Positions 16,848-19,232 of a stretch of DNA of 19,232 nucleotides are shown piece by piece; within the stretch, counting starts at the first letter, position 1, and every line of letters begins with the position of its first letter. The position numbers and the translations under genes are program-made. The stretch comes from Pseudomonadota bacterium (GTDB lineage Bacteria; UBA10199; 2-02-FULL-44-16; JAAZCA01), in NCBI GenBank assembly GCA_043798915.1, contig JAZDOG010000026.1, positions 1 through 19,232 of the forward strand, written 5' to 3'. Under the pieces are notes generated by a model. It saw nothing but the letters and a program-made list of their open reading frames with translations, did not search any database and had not been told where the DNA came from.

Positions 16848-16877
16848 TATTGTCCTGCTAATAAGACAATATGTCAA
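16848..16877 (-). promoter_or_regulatory. Leaderless sigma70 promoter with overlapping palindromic operator
   Basis: TTGACA (16877-16872), 17 nt, GACAAT (16854-16849), 7 nt, ATG. TATTGTC-N10-GACAATA (16848-16871) spans the spacer and the -10 box. Confidence 0.7.
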
Positions 16878-17005
16878 ATATATTATACATCATCAGGGTT
16901 GAAAAAATCGCAATCGGTGACGCTGGCTTGGGCAGCAGCTGTCTGTTGCGTTGCCGATTAGCGCTTTTAGGTCGTAGCTATTGAAAATTGTTGATTATTT
17001 TGTTA

Positions 17006-17032
17006 GCAACATTTAGGGCTCTCACCCGATAA
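17006..17032 (+). promoter_or_regulatory. Possible sigma28-type promoter
   Basis: GCAACATT-N11-CCCGATAA versus consensus TAAAGTTT-N11-GCCGATAA. The -10 is good and the -35 is weak; it ends 40 nt before ATG 17073. Confidence 0.35.
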
Positions 17033-17072
17033 CATACATAACGAGCTACATGCCTGTTTAAAAGGGAAACTC

Positions 17073-18374
17073 ATGGCACCACCGAAAGTAGGAAATCCTC
17101 CAGGCTGTTCCGGCATCCCTCAAACAGGGGCTGTAAGCGATTCGGCTGGTTCCGCTGTGTCGCAGGTCCCGAAAAAAGACCTGTATGTGACATCGTTGGC
17201 CAAAAGGAAAACCATTCCCAAATTCAGACCTCCCGTCCTCTTCAACGGCGAAGCGGAAAAACCGGCAGCAGAGGTAAATTTAGGCACGACGAGAGATGAC
17301 AGGCTGCAGCTTGCCGCCACGTCAAACGACAGGCGCGTATTTGAAAAACTGAAGGACGACAAAGACCTTGAGATTCGCCTGGCGCTTCTCGACAATAAAA
17401 ATTTTGCCGGCCAGCCGTGGTTAAAGAAGTTCAAGGCGCTCTATGGCAGCGTGAGAAGGGCCAGGACCATCGTCAAATCGTCGTTCAAGGATGAGAAACT
17501 GGATTCATTCGATCACACGATAGATCTGAATGCCATATGCGGAAAGTTCGGGAGCCTGGACGAAATTCTGGCCCTGTTCGCAAAATATGAAAGCGATCCC
17601 AGGATAAGGTATGCGATTGCCCTCAATGACAAATTGACCGAGGCGCAAAAAAAACTTTTTGCCGAGGACGCGTTCATTCCGATACGCAGAAAGATAAATC
17701 CTCCGCAGAGGGCAATAGGACTTTTCGACCTGATAGATGGCATAGATGTAAATAAATTGTACTTGAATGTAAGTGAAGGAGAAAACGCATTTCGCAAACC
17801 CTTGAATGCATTTCGGGATAAAGTTGGCCAGGAGGAATTTGAGAGGCTCGTCTTAGAGATTTCATCGAAGAATTATTTTGAGTCCAAAAAGAACCCGGCC
17901 CTTCATTTGATCAGGACCCTTCAATATGCAAGCCTGTCGAGCGGACTCGTCGACAGGCTCCTGTCGCTGAAGAACATCGATGCCTGCAGATCAATCCTTT
18001 GGAATGATAATTATGAGCCCAGCGCACCCCAGATCGCGGGGATCTATAAAGACTTTCCGTCTGCGCTGGGGATGTCCCTGGTGAAGAAACGAAATGCGCC
18101 GCAGGAAGTCATCGCCGATTTTGCGCACAGGAATGCGTCCGATCCCAAACGGATGCGCGAATTGATCTACTCCCCCCAGGTCAGCAAATATTTTGATCTG
18201 GTGATCGCGCCGGTCAAGGAGAAGAAAGAGCTGCGACTTCTTTGGGATGCCGCAGCCAATAACCCGAATGCATCGCCGGCGCTTCTGGAAAGGCTTTTGA
18301 GCCTTCCTGGTGCCGATACAGAGCTTAAGGCGCTTGTATTCAAAGTCGCTGCTCGATGCCATGAATGGCGCTGA
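17073..18374 (+). CDS. Hypothetical protein with short helical (LRV/HEAT-like) repeats; probably the N-terminal part of a frameshifted gene
   Basis: Repeats such as LKDDKDLEIRLALLDN, ESDPRIRYAIALN and AANNPNASPALLERL; low-complexity N-terminus; AAGGGA upstream. Confidence 0.7.
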   Translation: MAPPKVGNPPGCSGIPQTGAVSDSAGSAVSQVPKKDLYVTSLAKRKTIPKFRPPVLFNGEAEKPAAEVNLGTTRDDRLQLAATSNDRRVFEKLKDDKDLEIRLALLDNKNFAGQPWLKKFKALYGSVRRARTIVKSSFKDEKLDSFDHTIDLNAICGKFGSLDEILALFAKYESDPRIRYAIALNDKLTEAQKKLFAEDAFIPIRRKINPPQRAIGLFDLIDGIDVNKLYLNVSEGENAFRKPLNAFRDKVGQEEFERLVLEISSKNYFESKKNPALHLIRTLQYASLSSGLVDRLLSLKNIDACRSILWNDNYEPSAPQIAGIYKDFPSALGMSLVKKRNAPQEVIADFAHRNASDPKRMRELIYSPQVSKYFDLVIAPVKEKKELRLLWDAAANNPNASPALLERLLSLPGADTELKALVFKVAARCHEWR

Positions 18375-19050
18375 TCTCGCCGGTGCCGAATCGCGCGCCG
18401 CATTCTGGCATCTCTCCAACATCAAGGCGATACTCGAAAACAAGGCGAAGGGCGTGAACCCGGATGACACGGAGCTGATGATATTCGGGAGAGGGCTCGC
18501 TTATCTGAACGATCCCGTCAAAAAAATGATCGTTCAAAAATATGGCGCGGACCTTGAGAAGGTCGCCGGCGCTGAACGCGGTGTGGCGAAGGTTCCTTAT
18601 CCTGCCAGGGTCTTTATGGAAGGTGGAAATGTTTTGAGCACGTACGGGACCGTGTTCAACGCGATCCTGCCGCCTCTTGAGCCCGTCGCTTCGGACAGGG
18701 GAAGCTATGAATTCCTCAAGCAGGGCGATGATCAGCATTTGATTGCGGAGTGGCTCGTCTGCTATTCAAAATTGCGCGCCAGGACGCTTCTGGCCGAGGG
18801 CAGGATCGGAGCTGAAGATTATATCTATTTTATAAAGAACATTCCGTTTGCCACAAAGATGCTGCTCGAGAATTTTGCGGGGTGGGAGGTCACGCCGTAT
18901 GATATTGTGGAGAGGATAAAGAAGCTCACGCCTGAATATCTGTTCAGGATGATCGAGTCCAGCGGCTTTGCCCCCCAGAAATTGAACGATCTGAAAAAAG
19001 AAAAAGACAGGATTCGCGAGCGTGTGCTAAAGCTAGTTGAAATTGGATAA
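18346..19050 (+). CDS. Hypothetical protein; probable C-terminal continuation of the 17073 gene in the +1 frame (or a separate gene from ATG 18361)
   Basis: Open frame overlapping the end of the previous ORF, with no RBS before ATG 18361. Confidence 0.6.
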   Translation, partial: SLLDAMNGADLAGAESRAAFWHLSNIKAILENKAKGVNPDDTELMIFGRGLAYLNDPVKKMIVQKYGADLEKVAGAERGVAKVPYPARVFMEGGNVLSTYGTVFNAILPPLEPVASDRGSYEFLKQGDDQHLIAEWLVCYSKLRARTLLAEGRIGAEDYIYFIKNIPFATKMLLENFAGWEVTPYDIVERIKKLTPEYLFRMIESSGFAPQKLNDLKKEKDRIRERVLKLVEIG

Positions 19051-19056
19051 AGAAAA

Positions 19057-19232
19057 GCGGTTCCAAACCTGGTAGGGGTTGATTTGCGAATACCGACCAC
19101 TACCGAAAAAGGAGGAACCGCCATGAACAAGATAGCTCGGATGGGCCGGAAGTCCAGGAGAAAGTGTCGCGTGATGGCGAAGGTGATAAGCAGCGATGAA
19201 TACATGGGATATGAACCCAGCAGCCGTGTGGA
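19057..19232 (+). mobile_element. Probable left end of an insertion sequence with the start of a transposase-like ORF (ATG 19123, runs off the window); IS256-like by recollection
   Basis: Strong AAAGGAGG RBS buried in a stem-loop. The 36 visible codons (MNKIARMGRKSRRKCRVMAKVISSDEYMGYEPSSRV) resemble N-termini I recall for some IS256-family transposases, but no catalytic domain is visible. Confidence 0.45.

Overview
Bacterial window with a GC-rich core and more AT-rich accessory flanks. The gene styles suggest a Deltaproteobacteria-like organism, but this is inference only. The core (8.5-15.7 kb, minus strand) has a thiS-thiG-thiH-thiC thiamine operon, followed by a FlhG/MinD-like ATPase, a membrane protein, an acyltransferase, a 55-aa small protein and pgi. 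The accessory parts carry three HTH-fused MNT/HEPN toxin-antitoxin-type pairs (one with a truncated HEPN) and a lone, apparently inactivated nucleotidyltransferase with a histone-like tail. They also carry a sigma54-driven repeat-rich surface lipoprotein, two large orphan genes (one probably frameshifted) and the start of a probable IS at the right edge. The three strongest non-coding signals are a ~270-nt nested rod-shaped element with strand-polarised G-U pairs (8218-8489), a ~45-nt terminator/antiterminator leader in front of thiS that may be an HMP-PP-type riboswitch, and an imperfect 21-bp inverted repeat bracketing the first MNT-HEPN module. All family calls come from motif recognition; no searches were run.
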